Origin: Thermoplasmatota archaeon
GTDB taxonomy: Archaea; Thermoplasmatota; Penumbrarchaeia; Penumbrarchaeales; Penumbrarchaeaceae
Length of the DNA: 64,000 nucleotides
Reading direction: 5' to 3'
Assembly: GCA_048569615.1 (NCBI GenBank)
Contig: JBLIRK010000005.1
Coordinates: 2,036 to 66,035, forward strand
A program made the translations under genes and the position numbers. The stretch's first letter is position 1. Each line of letters starts with the position of its first letter. Positions 1 through 9,857 of this stretch are shown piece after piece. Under the pieces are notes generated by a model. The model worked only from the letters and a program-made list of their open reading frames with translations, made no database searches and was not told the origin of the DNA.

Positions 1-1080
1 AGCACGGGAGCACACGAGGTCGCGGCTCTCCCGGAGGAGGGCATCGACAAGGCTATCGAGCTTTTCAGGGAGGAGATCGTGCCGATGGTGATAGGCTTTG
101 ACTCCCTGGAGCAGGAAGAGATGGATACCCTCCTCTCAGAGATCGACGGCACCGACAACCTCTCCAGGATAGGAGGCAACCTCATCGTTGCCCTTTCGAT
201 CGCAAACGCAAAGGCGGCGGCGGATGCCCTCGGACTCCCCCTGTATCATTACATCGGAGGCATGGTGAGCAGGGACCTGCCCTATCCGATGGGCAACGTC
301 CTCGGTGGTGGAAAACACGCTATCGGCGGGACCGACATACAGGAGTTCCTGGTGATCCCCCAGGGTGAGACCTTCGTAGATTCCGTGTTCGCCGGGGCCA
401 AGGTCCACAAGAAGGTGGCATCCATACTGAAGAAGAGATTCCCGGATACGGCCATCGGCAAGGGAGATGAGGGAGCCTGGGTGGCGAAGGTTTCCAATGA
501 CGAGGCTCTGGATATCGTCAACCAGGCCTGCGTGGAGATATCGGACGATGTGGGTTTCGAGATCCAGGCAGGACTGGATGTGGCCGCCTCGTCCTTCTTC
601 AAGGACGGCAAATACCACTACAAGCAGAAGAAACTGGACCAGGAAGGACAGGTCCAGTACATGGCTGAGTTGTTCGACAAGTACAATCTCTTCTCCATCG
701 AGGACCCCTTCGACGAGGAGGACTTCGAGGGTTTCACCGAGCTCACAAATCAGATAGGAGACCGCTGTCTGATAATTGGTGACGACCTCTTCGTCACAAA
801 TGAGGAGAGGTTGATGAAGGGGATAGAGGTGGGAGCGTGCAACGCCATACTGATTAAACCCAATCAGATAGGAACCCTCTCCAAAACCATAGACACGATC
901 AAGCTTTCCATGGAGGCGGGATATCAGAACGTAATATCACACAGGAGCGGCGAGACCACGGACCCGGCCATAGCACATCTCGGAGTGGCATTCTCGTCCA
1001 TATGCATAAAAACGGGAGCTGTGGGAGGGGAGCGCATCGCAAAGCTCAACGAGCTGATAAGGATCGAAGAGGAGCTCTAA
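1..1080 (+). CDS. eno: Enolase (phosphopyruvate hydratase), 5'-truncated at the window edge
   Basis: Frame 1 is open from nt 1 with no stop and reads S-T-G-A-H-E, the enolase signature, into ORF 79..1080. Conserved blocks NVLGGGKHA, DIQEFLVIP, DVAASSFF, EDPFDEEDFEG, IGDDLFVTNEERL, ILIKPNQIGTL, SHRSGETTD and C-terminal LIRIEEEL. Confidence 0.9.
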   Translation, partial: STGAHEVAALPEEGIDKAIELFREEIVPMVIGFDSLEQEEMDTLLSEIDGTDNLSRIGGNLIVALSIANAKAAADALGLPLYHYIGGMVSRDLPYPMGNVLGGGKHAIGGTDIQEFLVIPQGETFVDSVFAGAKVHKKVASILKKRFPDTAIGKGDEGAWVAKVSNDEALDIVNQACVEISDDVGFEIQAGLDVAASSFFKDGKYHYKQKKLDQEGQVQYMAELFDKYNLFSIEDPFDEEDFEGFTELTNQIGDRCLIIGDDLFVTNEERLMKGIEVGACNAILIKPNQIGTLSKTIDTIKLSMEAGYQNVISHRSGETTDPAIAHLGVAFSSICIKTGAVGGERIAKLNELIRIEEEL

Positions 1081-1168
1081 GCGGTGTTCCTGCCAAAAGA
1101 CAAGTAGGAAATCGGGAGCCTTCAAAACCTATTTTTAGATGTAATCAATCCGGATTCAAGGTGCTCCA

Positions 1169-2044
1169 ATGAGGATACTTCCCGGCAGCAGCAACAGGGC
1201 GCTCTCCGAAAATCTCTCCACCATGCTGGATGCCAGACTCGTCCAGGTCCAGATCGAGAGATTTCCCGACGGGGAGCTCTACTGCCGGCTGCTCGAGGAC
1301 ATCGATGGCGAGGATGTAATACTGGTCCAGTCCACGTATCCTGACAGCTCGATCGTGGAATTCCTCATCCTTGCCCAGCTCGCAAGGGACAGCGGAGCGG
1401 AGACGGTCACAGGGGTGATCCCTTATTACGGATACTCAAGGCAGGACAGGGTCTTCAAGGAGGGAGAATCCTTCACAGCCAGGACAATGGCCCTGCACCT
1501 CCAGAGGAACCTCGACAATGTCATCTGCGTGAACCTCCATAAGGAATCCGTCCTGTCCGAGTTCTCGGACGTGGAGAACGCCATTCACGTATCGGTAATG
1601 GGAGTTGTGGGGGAGTTCCTGGGCAACGCCGGAATCGACTATGTGCTGTCCCCGGACAAGGGAGCCATCGGATATGCGAGGGAGGCCGCCGGGGTCCTCG
1701 GCTGCCGTTTCGAGCATCTGGAAAAGACCAGGCTCAACGGGAGCACGGTCACGGTTGCCCCCAAGGACCTCCCGGTGAGGGGGCGAAAGGTGTGCATCGT
1801 GGATGACATAATAGCCACCGGGGGAACGATCCTCAAAGCCCAGGAATCGCTCAGGATCCAGGGAGCCCTGGAGGTCTACGCCTGCTGCGCCCATGGACTC
1901 TTCACCGGTGGAGGTCAGGACAGGCTGGAACCGGTTCTGGACGGTCTCTACTGCTCGGATACCATAGAGGGACCCTGCTCTTCGTTCTCCGCCGCGCGAC
2001 CTGTGGCCGAAGCTGTTGAGAAATTGTTCGGGGTGGATGAATGA
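1169..2044 (+). CDS. prs: Ribose-phosphate pyrophosphokinase (PRPP synthetase), short archaeal-type at 291 aa
   Basis: N-terminal MRILPGSSNRALSENLS...VQIERFPDGELYCRL is the Prs pattern. PRPP-binding loop CIVDDIIATGGT is present. Its stop overlaps the next start by ATGA. Confidence 0.9.
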   Translation: MRILPGSSNRALSENLSTMLDARLVQVQIERFPDGELYCRLLEDIDGEDVILVQSTYPDSSIVEFLILAQLARDSGAETVTGVIPYYGYSRQDRVFKEGESFTARTMALHLQRNLDNVICVNLHKESVLSEFSDVENAIHVSVMGVVGEFLGNAGIDYVLSPDKGAIGYAREAAGVLGCRFEHLEKTRLNGSTVTVAPKDLPVRGRKVCIVDDIIATGGTILKAQESLRIQGALEVYACCAHGLFTGGGQDRLEPVLDGLYCSDTIEGPCSSFSAARPVAEAVEKLFGVDE

Positions 2045-2970
2045 CCGATCTCCCGGACATACAGGGAAGGGCCCTCGAATCAAGCTTCATCATCAGCAGG
2101 GTGGGTATTTCCGGGGTCAAGAGACCGGTATCCATCAAGAGGAACGGAAGGACAGTGAGCCTCGTTCCTACATTTGACATCTCCGTCAACCTTCCGGCGG
2201 AACAGAAGGGGTCCCACATGTCAAGACATGTGGAGGTCATAAACAGGGCGATAGACCATGCGGTGGAAGACGAGAACCATTCCCTTGAAAAACTGGTCGA
2301 GAGGATTGCGGAGGAGCTATTGGAATCCCATGATTATGCAACCTATGCCGATGTCAGGCTCGAGGCGGATTACTTCCTGAAGAAGATATCCCCGGACAAG
2401 AGAGAGGTTACCGAGAACTACAAGATATTCGCTGAAGCAAAGATAACAAGGGGCGGAGGACCTCCGCACCGCTCCATAGGCGTCGAGGTGTCCGGCCTAT
2501 CGGCATGCCCCTGTGCAATGGAGAACGTGAGGGAGCTTCTGAAGTCGGAGCTGGAGGAGAAGGGATACGGGGACAAGGAGATCGCGCTGCTTGATTCCAT
2601 ACCCGTTCCCACGCACAATCAGAAGAACAGGTCCCTTCTCGAGGTCGGATGGAACAGCGACCTGGAGATAGAGGCCAACGACCTCATAGATCTGGTGGAA
2701 AGGAATCTGTCCTCCCCCACCTATGAGATATTGAAGAGGAAGGGGGAGGCCGAGCTTGTGCTAGCGGCCCACAGAAAGCCCAAGTTCGTCGAGGACATAG
2801 TAAGGGACATAATCGACGATTTCCTGGGTTCCTATCAGGATCTGCCGGGGGAAGTGACCATCCATGTCAGGTCGGTCTCCGAGGAATCCATTCACAAGCA
2901 CGACGCTTTCGCGGAGCGCATAGCGGACCTTGGCACGCTCAGGCAGGGATCAAGGCACGAAACGGGATGA
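2041..2970 (+). CDS. mptA: GTP cyclohydrolase of the MptA/FolE2 (COG1469) family
   Basis: KGSHMSRH motif, Cys pair CPCAMENV and size of 309 aa. ATGA overlap with prs. Confidence 0.75.
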   Translation: MTDLPDIQGRALESSFIISRVGISGVKRPVSIKRNGRTVSLVPTFDISVNLPAEQKGSHMSRHVEVINRAIDHAVEDENHSLEKLVERIAEELLESHDYATYADVRLEADYFLKKISPDKREVTENYKIFAEAKITRGGGPPHRSIGVEVSGLSACPCAMENVRELLKSELEEKGYGDKEIALLDSIPVPTHNQKNRSLLEVGWNSDLEIEANDLIDLVERNLSSPTYEILKRKGEAELVLAAHRKPKFVEDIVRDIIDDFLGSYQDLPGEVTIHVRSVSEESIHKHDAFAERIADLGTLRQGSRHETG

Positions 2971-2977
2971 AAAAATA

Positions 2978-2995
2978 TATCGTAAAGAAAGAAGG
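2978..2995 (+). promoter_or_regulatory. Conserved 5'-leader motif TATCGTAAAGAAAGAAGG, followed by GGGAGAG (SD-like) and ATG 3007. A near-identical copy lies at 12601..12618.
   Basis: 17 of 18 nt are identical to 12601-12618. Both copies lie immediately upstream of a gene start. The preceding A/T-rich stretch AAAAATATAT at 2971-2980 is TATA-like. Confidence 0.35.
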
Positions 2996-3006
2996 TAGGG
3001 AGAGCC

Positions 3007-3417
3007 ATGTCAGAGGGTATGAAGAAGATCCTGGTCCCCACGTCGGGATACTTTGCTGCCAAAGAGAGGGGAGACTACATCATTGAGGTTGCCAAGAGGC
3101 TCAACGCCGAGGTGCTGGTGGTCCACGTAAGGGATCCAAGGTACCTCATAGCCACCAACAAGGAAAGCGAAGGGTGGGCGGCACTGAGGTACTTCGAGGA
3201 GCTGGGGAAGCAGGCCGGTATCCCGGTCCAGTCCTTCTTCACCAGCGGTGATCTCGTGGATACGCTGAAGAGGTTCGCGGTGGACCACAATGTTGATATG
3301 ATACTGGTCGGAGCATCCGCCAACAGGCTGATCGCCGAATGGGTGACCTTCGAGCTCATGTGCGACTGCGACATTCCGATCCTGGTGGTCCCACAGGACC
3401 TTTCTGACCTTATCTGA
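3007..3417 (+). CDS. Universal stress protein (UspA family)
   Basis: 136 aa. KILVPTSG...EVLVVHV...DMILVGASANRLIAEW... matches the USP alpha/beta fold pattern. Confidence 0.85.
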   Translation: MSEGMKKILVPTSGYFAAKERGDYIIEVAKRLNAEVLVVHVRDPRYLIATNKESEGWAALRYFEELGKQAGIPVQSFFTSGDLVDTLKRFAVDHNVDMILVGASANRLIAEWVTFELMCDCDIPILVVPQDLSDLI

Positions 3418-3450
3418 ACCGATACTTTTGGTCCGCCCTCCGCCGCCTCC

Positions 3451-3458
3451 TTTATTAA
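3451..3458 (+). promoter_or_regulatory. TATA-box-like element TTTATTAA upstream of the AddB-like gene
   Basis: A/T octamer in an otherwise GC-rich intergenic region. It sits about 40 nt upstream of ATG 3497, which is preceded by an SD-like GAGAGGA. Confidence 0.35.
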
Positions 3459-3496
3459 TGCACACTTCGTTCCTCCGCTCTCTGAGAGGACGCTCC

Positions 3497-6400
3497 ATGG
3501 ATTTCAAATGGGTTGTGAGCTGCGATGGGGGAATTGACCTCATCAAGGAGACATTGAAGGGCTGCATGGAGGACCATTCCGACCGTATGGTCATACTCCC
3601 CACCGAGAGGATGTGCCAGGAGGCCAAGCTATGTCTGGCCGAGGATGGAGGAGCGCTCACGGGCTCGATCCTTACTATAAGGGGAGCGGCTGGGAAGCTA
3701 TACGACGAGCTCAAGGGCAAGCTCCCGGTTGCTGACCTGACATACAGGGAGATGCTGGTAGGCAAATATATGGCCGGAATGAAATTGAAACACCTGGCAA
3801 GAGGCGAGAACGTGAGGCCGGGCATGGTACGGAACGTGGCGGTCTCCATCGGTGAGCTGATCAAATGGGGGATCGGTCCGGACGTTCTCGAAGGAGCGGC
3901 CTCGACACCGAGGTCCGGGGAGCTATCGGTCATCTACAGATCGTATCTGGATGGGATGAAAAGTTCAGGTGTGCTTGATCCCGACATGCTGTTTGCGGCT
4001 TCAGGAGATCTTCTGTCGGGAAGCGGTAAGAGGCTCTCAGGGCTCGGTATATACCTGCCCGGGGCCCTTCCCGGAACCCAGGCGGAACTCATGAAGCACC
4101 TCATCGAAAGATCGGATCATGTATCTGTGATGGAGCATACTTCCCGCGACCTTCCTTGGTTCATAAAGGCGGAAGACGCTCCCCCTCGACCTCCCTCCAA
4201 GGTCGATGTTCCTCCAAGGGAGGCCATGGAGCCCCTGTGCCTGAGGATGGAAGGAGAGCTCGGCCTTGTAACTGCCATGGATCCCATGGAGGAGTTCAGG
4301 TCCCTGTTCAGGGAAATTAAGAGGAGGGCTGCCGAAGGCGAAGATGACCTGGCCGACTTCAGGCTTGTGCTCCCCGGGAAGAAGGACCTTGAGATGATGG
4401 TCAGGTCCGCTGCTTCGGAGCTTGGAATACCCATCGATCTCGGCGAGGACATGGACCTTGCTGAGGTGCCTGTCGTTGCATCAATAATGGGCCTACTTCG
4501 GACTCCGATCGAGGGATTTCCCCGCTCATCTGTCTTAAGGCCGATCACAAGCCCATTTCTGACCCTGAAGGATGAAAAGGGCATCTCTCTGCGGAGCGAA
4601 GAGCTTGAAAAGGTCACGAGGGAGGCCGGGATAGGACATGGCATCACCGATGCGGGTTCGGGATGGATCGATCCCCTCTCGAGGCTGCTGGAATTGGAAA
4701 GCACATCCGAAGCCCTGAAGGAGCAGATCCCCGGGGTCAAATACGCCCTGGAGTTCCTCTTCAGGGAGCTTGAAAACCTGTCCTCCTCGGGGCGGACGCT
4801 GGAGGAGCACTTCTCCAGGGTGATCGGATTATTGAGGAGCTTGGACCTCCAAGGCAATCTGGAATCCCTGGTGGTCAGGGGGGAAGAGAGGACGGGATCC
4901 CAGCCAGGCGAGGGCCCCTATCAGATGAATGTTTTCGGCCTCCGGTCCTTCTATTCCGCCCTCGGTGTGCTTTGCGAGAGGAGCAGGACACTGCCGCTTG
5001 GAAAGGTCGCCTACGGGGACATGATCCATTACCTGGAACTCGAGATCGCAAAAAGGAGGGTCAGGTCCTCACCCAGGAGACCGGGCCTCCGTGTGATGGG
5101 ATTGAAAGAGGCTTCGGGGCTCGGGGGAAAGAACGTTTTCATGTCCTGCATGGTCGAAGGAAGGATGCCTCCCCTCGGAGGTGGTTTCGAGCTGCTCTCC
5201 GAGGCGGAAAGGGAGAAGCTCTCTATGCCCAGGGAGGGGGACAGGCGCGAATACCTTGAGTATGCGGCGATGCTGCTGTCATCGTGCGGCTCCGCCGTTC
5301 TCGGTACCCACAAGACCGACGGAGGCCGCCCCGTTCAGCTCTCTCCATTCCTTGACGGGGTGAAGCTTGCTCCACTTGAGATCGGCTCGGATCCCAGGTC
5401 CCGCTGCGAGCTCCATCGTCTCATAGGCGAGCTGACCGATCCCAATTATTCCCTTTATCGAGGCCGGAAGGACCAGCTGGAGATCATTCCGCTTTCCTCC
5501 CTGCTTGCCAATTCAGGTAACCATGCGGACCATATAAGAAGGGGGTTGGATTCCCTCCGAAGGAGGCGCCAGGGAGAGGCGGACCAGTTCAGGGGCAGGC
5601 TCGTGGATGAGGATATCCTGACCCTTTTAAGGGAGAATTTCGGATCCGACCATGTCTGGTCCGTGTCGCAGTTCGAGACCTACAGAAAGTGTCCGTACTC
5701 TTTCCTGGTAAGTTACATCCTCCATCTGAAGGAACTGGAGGACCTCGAGCCGGGACTGCCGCCCGAGAAGAAGGGACTGATCTTCCACGAGGTTGTGGAC
5801 AGATTCTACAGGGAATGGCTTTCCATGGGCAACCGAAGGATCCTCCGGAAGGACCTCGGGAGGGCTGTCACTCTGATGAGGGCAACTGCAAAGAGCGTTA
5901 TGTGCGACCATCCTTACAAGGGTCCTTTCTGGGATGCGCTTGGGGAGGAGCTTCTGGGAACGGACAGGGAGAAAGGCCTTCTGGAGGAGTTCCTGGAAAC
6001 GGAGGCAGGATACCCGGGCCCCTTCCTTGTTTTCAGGACGGAGATGGGTTTCGGCAGAGTTAGGGGAGAATATTCCCTTCCGGCCTCGATCTCCCTTCCG
6101 GGGAAGGAGGAAGGCCCTGACAGCTTCCTGCTCCAGGGATCCATCGACAGGGCCGACAGGTTCGAAACACCCTTCGGTTCCCTTGATTTCATCTGGGACT
6201 ACAAGACTGGCAACTACGATGTAGACAGCGGGTCCCTCCAGGTCCCGCTCTACCTGGCCGCCCTGAGGAGGCTCCACCAGGAAGGATTCCCGGCAGGTGG
6301 TGGCTACTATTATGTCAGAAGACGCGGCCATATAAGGAGGGCGCCGGTGCTAGGGGAGAAGGTCTGGGACGGAGAGAGTTGCACCAGGGAGGAGCTCCAG

Positions 6401-6556
6401 ACGCAGATAGATGAAATGGAGGCCTCCATTGAAACTGCCGTTGAGGAGTGCCTCTCTTTCAGAGATGCAATTAGGTCCGGTGAGCTCGCCCCGGACCCCA
6501 AATGCGGGGTCAGGGACTGCCCCTCCAGGAACATGTGCAGAAAGGGGGACCTCTGA
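3497..6556 (+). CDS. addB: AddB/RexB-like PD-(D/E)XK nuclease subunit with a C-terminal Fe-S Cys cluster. The ORF could start at TTG 3428, but ATG 3497 is preferred because it follows the TATA-like box.
   Basis: No Walker A motif. C-terminal RecB-type nuclease motif GSIDRADRF...LDFIWDYKTGNY. Cys before the nuclease domain (KCPYSF) and CGVRDCPSRNMC after it resemble the AddB iron-staple arrangement. Stop TGA overlaps the start of the next gene (TGATG). Confidence 0.65.
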   Translation: MDFKWVVSCDGGIDLIKETLKGCMEDHSDRMVILPTERMCQEAKLCLAEDGGALTGSILTIRGAAGKLYDELKGKLPVADLTYREMLVGKYMAGMKLKHLARGENVRPGMVRNVAVSIGELIKWGIGPDVLEGAASTPRSGELSVIYRSYLDGMKSSGVLDPDMLFAASGDLLSGSGKRLSGLGIYLPGALPGTQAELMKHLIERSDHVSVMEHTSRDLPWFIKAEDAPPRPPSKVDVPPREAMEPLCLRMEGELGLVTAMDPMEEFRSLFREIKRRAAEGEDDLADFRLVLPGKKDLEMMVRSAASELGIPIDLGEDMDLAEVPVVASIMGLLRTPIEGFPRSSVLRPITSPFLTLKDEKGISLRSEELEKVTREAGIGHGITDAGSGWIDPLSRLLELESTSEALKEQIPGVKYALEFLFRELENLSSSGRTLEEHFSRVIGLLRSLDLQGNLESLVVRGEERTGSQPGEGPYQMNVFGLRSFYSALGVLCERSRTLPLGKVAYGDMIHYLELEIAKRRVRSSPRRPGLRVMGLKEASGLGGKNVFMSCMVEGRMPPLGGGFELLSEAEREKLSMPREGDRREYLEYAAMLLSSCGSAVLGTHKTDGGRPVQLSPFLDGVKLAPLEIGSDPRSRCELHRLIGELTDPNYSLYRGRKDQLEIIPLSSLLANSGNHADHIRRGLDSLRRRRQGEADQFRGRLVDEDILTLLRENFGSDHVWSVSQFETYRKCPYSFLVSYILHLKELEDLEPGLPPEKKGLIFHEVVDRFYREWLSMGNRRILRKDLGRAVTLMRATAKSVMCDHPYKGPFWDALGEELLGTDREKGLLEEFLETEAGYPGPFLVFRTEMGFGRVRGEYSLPASISLPGKEEGPDSFLLQGSIDRADRFETPFGSLDFIWDYKTGNYDVDSGSLQVPLYLAALRRLHQEGFPAGGGYYYVRRRGHIRRAPVLGEKVWDGESCTREELQTQIDEMEASIETAVEECLSFRDAIRSGELAPDPKCGVRDCPSRNMCRKGDL

Positions 6557-9500
6557 TGGAGCTCACCAGGATGCAGGAGCTCGCCCTGGACATCAACAGG
6601 AATATAGCCGTCACAGCCGGGGCCGGTTCCGGGAAGACAAGGGTTCTGGTGGAGAGGTATATCTCCATACTGGAGAAGGACCCGGGGATACGACCGAAGA
6701 ACATACTGGCCTTGACCTTCACGGAGAAGGCAGCATCGGAGATGAAGGAGAGGATAAGAAAGTCGATAAGGGAGAGGTACCGTGATGACCCCGTAAGATG
6801 GTTCCCTGTGATGGAAGAGCTCGACAGTGCGGACATATCCACGATCCATTCCTTCTGCACTAGGATTGTGAGGACCGAACCTGTTCCCTGCGGTGTCGAC
6901 CCGGACTTCAGGGTGATCACGGAGACGGAATCCGCCGAGCTGCTCAGGGATACCATCAACTCCCTTCTTACCACGGACGGGCCGGAATCCCCATCGCTCA
7001 GGAGGCTCCTGGTTGATTACGGACTATACAACACCACAAGGACCCTGAAGGAGCTTATGAAGGAGCGGGCGAGGTCCCGCCTCGACATGGGATCCGCCGA
7101 ATTCGCCAGAAGGTCCCTGGAGAAGCTGGATATGGACCATGAAAGGAAGTTGTCGGAGGCCATTTCCGGTCTGGAGGAGATCCTTCCGGGACTGATTTCG
7201 ATAAAGGATATTCCCGTCCCCGATGTCCCCAGGGATACCGCGGTCCCGCTCATGAAAGCGCTTCAACCATTATTCAGGAAGTTGGATGGCCATAGGGAAG
7301 GCGCCGGATGGAGAAAGGAGCTGCTTGGGCTCCTGTGGGATGCGAGGGACCACATGCTGACCGCGAGAGGTAATGTCAGGGGGGTGGCGAGACTAGGCAA
7401 CAGCTCGGTTTGGAAGGAGAACCACGGCAGGTTGAAGGAATGCTTCGGCATGCTATTTCCCTTCGTTCGCGGCAGCAAGGAGATACTGCCTTTCGTTACC
7501 GATCCCTCCCTCTTGGAAAGGACCCGTGAGAGATTGATGGACCTCCTGATGGTATTCTCGGTCATGGTGGAGAGGTTCCAGGAGAGGAAGAGGGAGCATA
7601 ACGGACTGGATTTCGACGACCAGATATCCCTGGCCCTTGAGCTGTTGAGGACGAACGAGGGCTCCATGCTGGAATCCCTCAGACGGCGCTACCGTCATCT
7701 TCTGGTGGACGAGTTCCAGGACACCGATCCGCGGCAGTGGGAGCTTGTGAACCTCCTCTGGGACGGGGGGAGCGGCTCCAGGCTCTTCATCGTTGGCGAT
7801 CCCAAGCAGTCGATCTACGGATTCCGTTCGGCCGATGTGAGGCTCTTCCTTGAGGCCAAGGAGCGGATAGACGAACATGGGGACGGTTCCGATGTGGTAC
7901 TGGACCTCAATTTCAGGTCCAGGGAAGAGATTATAGAGCTCGTGAACCACATATTCCCGGACATAATGGAGGAGGGATCCAAAAGATGGGGAGTCCCGTT
8001 CGATCCCCTGGATGCATGCAGGCCGGGGGGAGGCACCGTGACCCTGGTCGGGGTCCTGGGTGCGAGGGGAGCCGAGGCCAGGGAGGGAAGGAAGGCGGCG
8101 GAGCTGATTAAGAGAGCCGTCCGCAATTGGACGGTCAGTGACGGGGAAGGGGAAAGGCCGGTCTGCTTCGGGGATATTGCCATACTTCTCCCCACACGGA
8201 ACGGGATCCGCCACTACGAGGACGCCCTGAGGTTGGGATCGGTGCCTTATCAGATATACAAGGGAAAGGGCCTTTTCGAAAGGCAGGAGGTGTCGGATAT
8301 CATGTCCCTTCTCTCCTTCTGCTCTGATCCCACCGACGACCTTTCCCTGGCCTCCCTGTTGAAAGGTCCTTTTTTCGGATTGAGCGATGAGGACCTCATT
8401 AGGATCTCGAGGCAGAGCGGTTCGGGTCTCCTCGAGAAATTGGGAGGGCTGGAGGAGTTCCGGGACGACCATGGTCTGGTCAGGGCAATGCTCGAGGTCT
8501 CGGGAGCGCTTCCGCCTCATATTGCACTTAGGGAGATCTTCGAGATGACCGCCGTATATGCTTCTCTCGGTGGTGCAAGGGAGGCCAGGAACTTCGACCG
8601 GATGCTAAATTGGGCAATGGATGAGAGCTCGGCCGCTACGACGGGAGAGCTTGCTGAAAGGCTCAGAAGGGTGGTAACGGAGCCCCCTAAGGAGGGAGAG
8701 CCTCCCATGGATTTCTCGGAGGATTCCGTTACCGTCATGACCATCCACTCAGCCAAGGGACTGGAATGGCCGGTTGTCCTCGTGCTTGGTATGAACCACG
8801 AGATGAAGGGAGGGGGATGGACGCCCCCATACATCCTGGACCCCGATGCGGGACTATCCCTGAAGGTGATGGATACTAGGAACGGCGAGCTAGTTCCCAG
8901 CCCCTCCTTCTCCCATTCCAGGGAGGATGCTGAGCAAAAGGAGACCGAGGAGCTCAAGAGGTTGCTCTATGTGGCCTGCACCAGGGCGAAGGACCATCTA
9001 GTACTCAGCGGAGCCGTCAAGATCCGAAGCAGGGACGATTCGGGGGAGCTCAGCGGCATGTTCAAACTTCTCTGGAACTCCCTTGATCTCTCGATCCCGG
9101 ACCTGCAGGAAGGTGTGAAGCTTGCAGGGAGTGTAACTGTGAACCTGGTAGAGGTCAAGCAGGAGGACCTTGCCGAACTGGTCGAGGAGGAGGAAGAAGC
9201 CTCCCCGGTTGCTCAGGTGCCTTCCGGTTCCCATGAGCTGCCTCTTCTTCTCCCCCTGGTCTCTGGTAAGCATACGTTCCTTAGCTCCCCTTCGAGGATC
9301 CTTAAGGACGGTATGGAGAAAAGGGAGCTCGACTTCGACTATCCCGATCTCTTGGAAGGTCCGGGCATGGATGTGATGGGGGATATGGTCCACGCTGTTC
9401 TCCAGGGCATCCCGCTCGAAAGGGTCCTTGCGGAGAGGGGAGCTTATGACAGAAAGGGTGAAGTGGAGCTGATGGTAAGGGAGTTCGGAAAGAAACTGGA

Positions 9501-9744
9501 GGAGGAGGGAATAGAGAGGATCGGTTCCGAGGTGGAGGTGGTAGGGGTGGAAAAGGAGCCCATGCTTGGGAGGATAGATCTCCTGGGAAGGGACAGGGAA
9601 GGTCTTCTTGTCGTCGTGGATTTCAAGACCGGTCGTCAAAGGGAGGAGCACCTTGAACAGGTGAAGCTCTACAGCTCACTGCTTGAGAAGGTACTGAAGG
9701 AAAGGGTCCGGGAAAAGGTCCTCTATCTGGACGGGTCCGGCTGA
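6556..9744 (+). CDS. addA: AddA/RexA-like UvrD-family helicase with C-terminal PD-(D/E)XK nuclease domain
   Basis: Walker A GAGSGKT, UvrD motif ALTFTEKAASEMKERI, helicase motifs LLVDEFQDTDP and IVGDPKQSIYGFRSAD, and C-terminal nuclease motif GRIDLLGRD...LLVVVDFKTGRQ. The ORF track starts at 6502, but ATG 6556 overlaps the upstream stop. Confidence 0.8.
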   Translation: MELTRMQELALDINRNIAVTAGAGSGKTRVLVERYISILEKDPGIRPKNILALTFTEKAASEMKERIRKSIRERYRDDPVRWFPVMEELDSADISTIHSFCTRIVRTEPVPCGVDPDFRVITETESAELLRDTINSLLTTDGPESPSLRRLLVDYGLYNTTRTLKELMKERARSRLDMGSAEFARRSLEKLDMDHERKLSEAISGLEEILPGLISIKDIPVPDVPRDTAVPLMKALQPLFRKLDGHREGAGWRKELLGLLWDARDHMLTARGNVRGVARLGNSSVWKENHGRLKECFGMLFPFVRGSKEILPFVTDPSLLERTRERLMDLLMVFSVMVERFQERKREHNGLDFDDQISLALELLRTNEGSMLESLRRRYRHLLVDEFQDTDPRQWELVNLLWDGGSGSRLFIVGDPKQSIYGFRSADVRLFLEAKERIDEHGDGSDVVLDLNFRSREEIIELVNHIFPDIMEEGSKRWGVPFDPLDACRPGGGTVTLVGVLGARGAEAREGRKAAELIKRAVRNWTVSDGEGERPVCFGDIAILLPTRNGIRHYEDALRLGSVPYQIYKGKGLFERQEVSDIMSLLSFCSDPTDDLSLASLLKGPFFGLSDEDLIRISRQSGSGLLEKLGGLEEFRDDHGLVRAMLEVSGALPPHIALREIFEMTAVYASLGGAREARNFDRMLNWAMDESSAATTGELAERLRRVVTEPPKEGEPPMDFSEDSVTVMTIHSAKGLEWPVVLVLGMNHEMKGGGWTPPYILDPDAGLSLKVMDTRNGELVPSPSFSHSREDAEQKETEELKRLLYVACTRAKDHLVLSGAVKIRSRDDSGELSGMFKLLWNSLDLSIPDLQEGVKLAGSVTVNLVEVKQEDLAELVEEEEEASPVAQVPSGSHELPLLLPLVSGKHTFLSSPSRILKDGMEKRELDFDYPDLLEGPGMDVMGDMVHAVLQGIPLERVLAERGAYDRKGEVELMVREFGKKLEEEGIERIGSEVEVVGVEKEPMLGRIDLLGRDREGLLVVVDFKTGRQREEHLEQVKLYSSLLEKVLKERVREKVLYLDGSG

Positions 9745-9857
9745 TGATCAGCGTTGAACTGTAACAATGTTGTGGAAACCCTTATGTACCAGTTTCTTTT
9801 AGGCGACCCGTCCAGGGATGCTTGGCACTCTGCTTAAAAATACTGTAAAAAGGTGCA

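Noticed and set aside
3010-3933. 307-aa minus-strand ORF antisense to the uspA-like gene and the AddB-like start. Similar long antisense ORFs occur at 5627-6331, 7453-8520, 8998-9651, 11491-12510, 17450-18109, 41081-42562, 46863-47612, 55002-55781, 58183-59040, 60496-61284 and 61645-62433.
   Set aside because: All lie opposite CDSs with clear family signatures. They have Arg/Pro/Gly/Ser-rich low-complexity translations typical of antisense frames in high-GC DNA, and they have no start-site signals. They are spurious.
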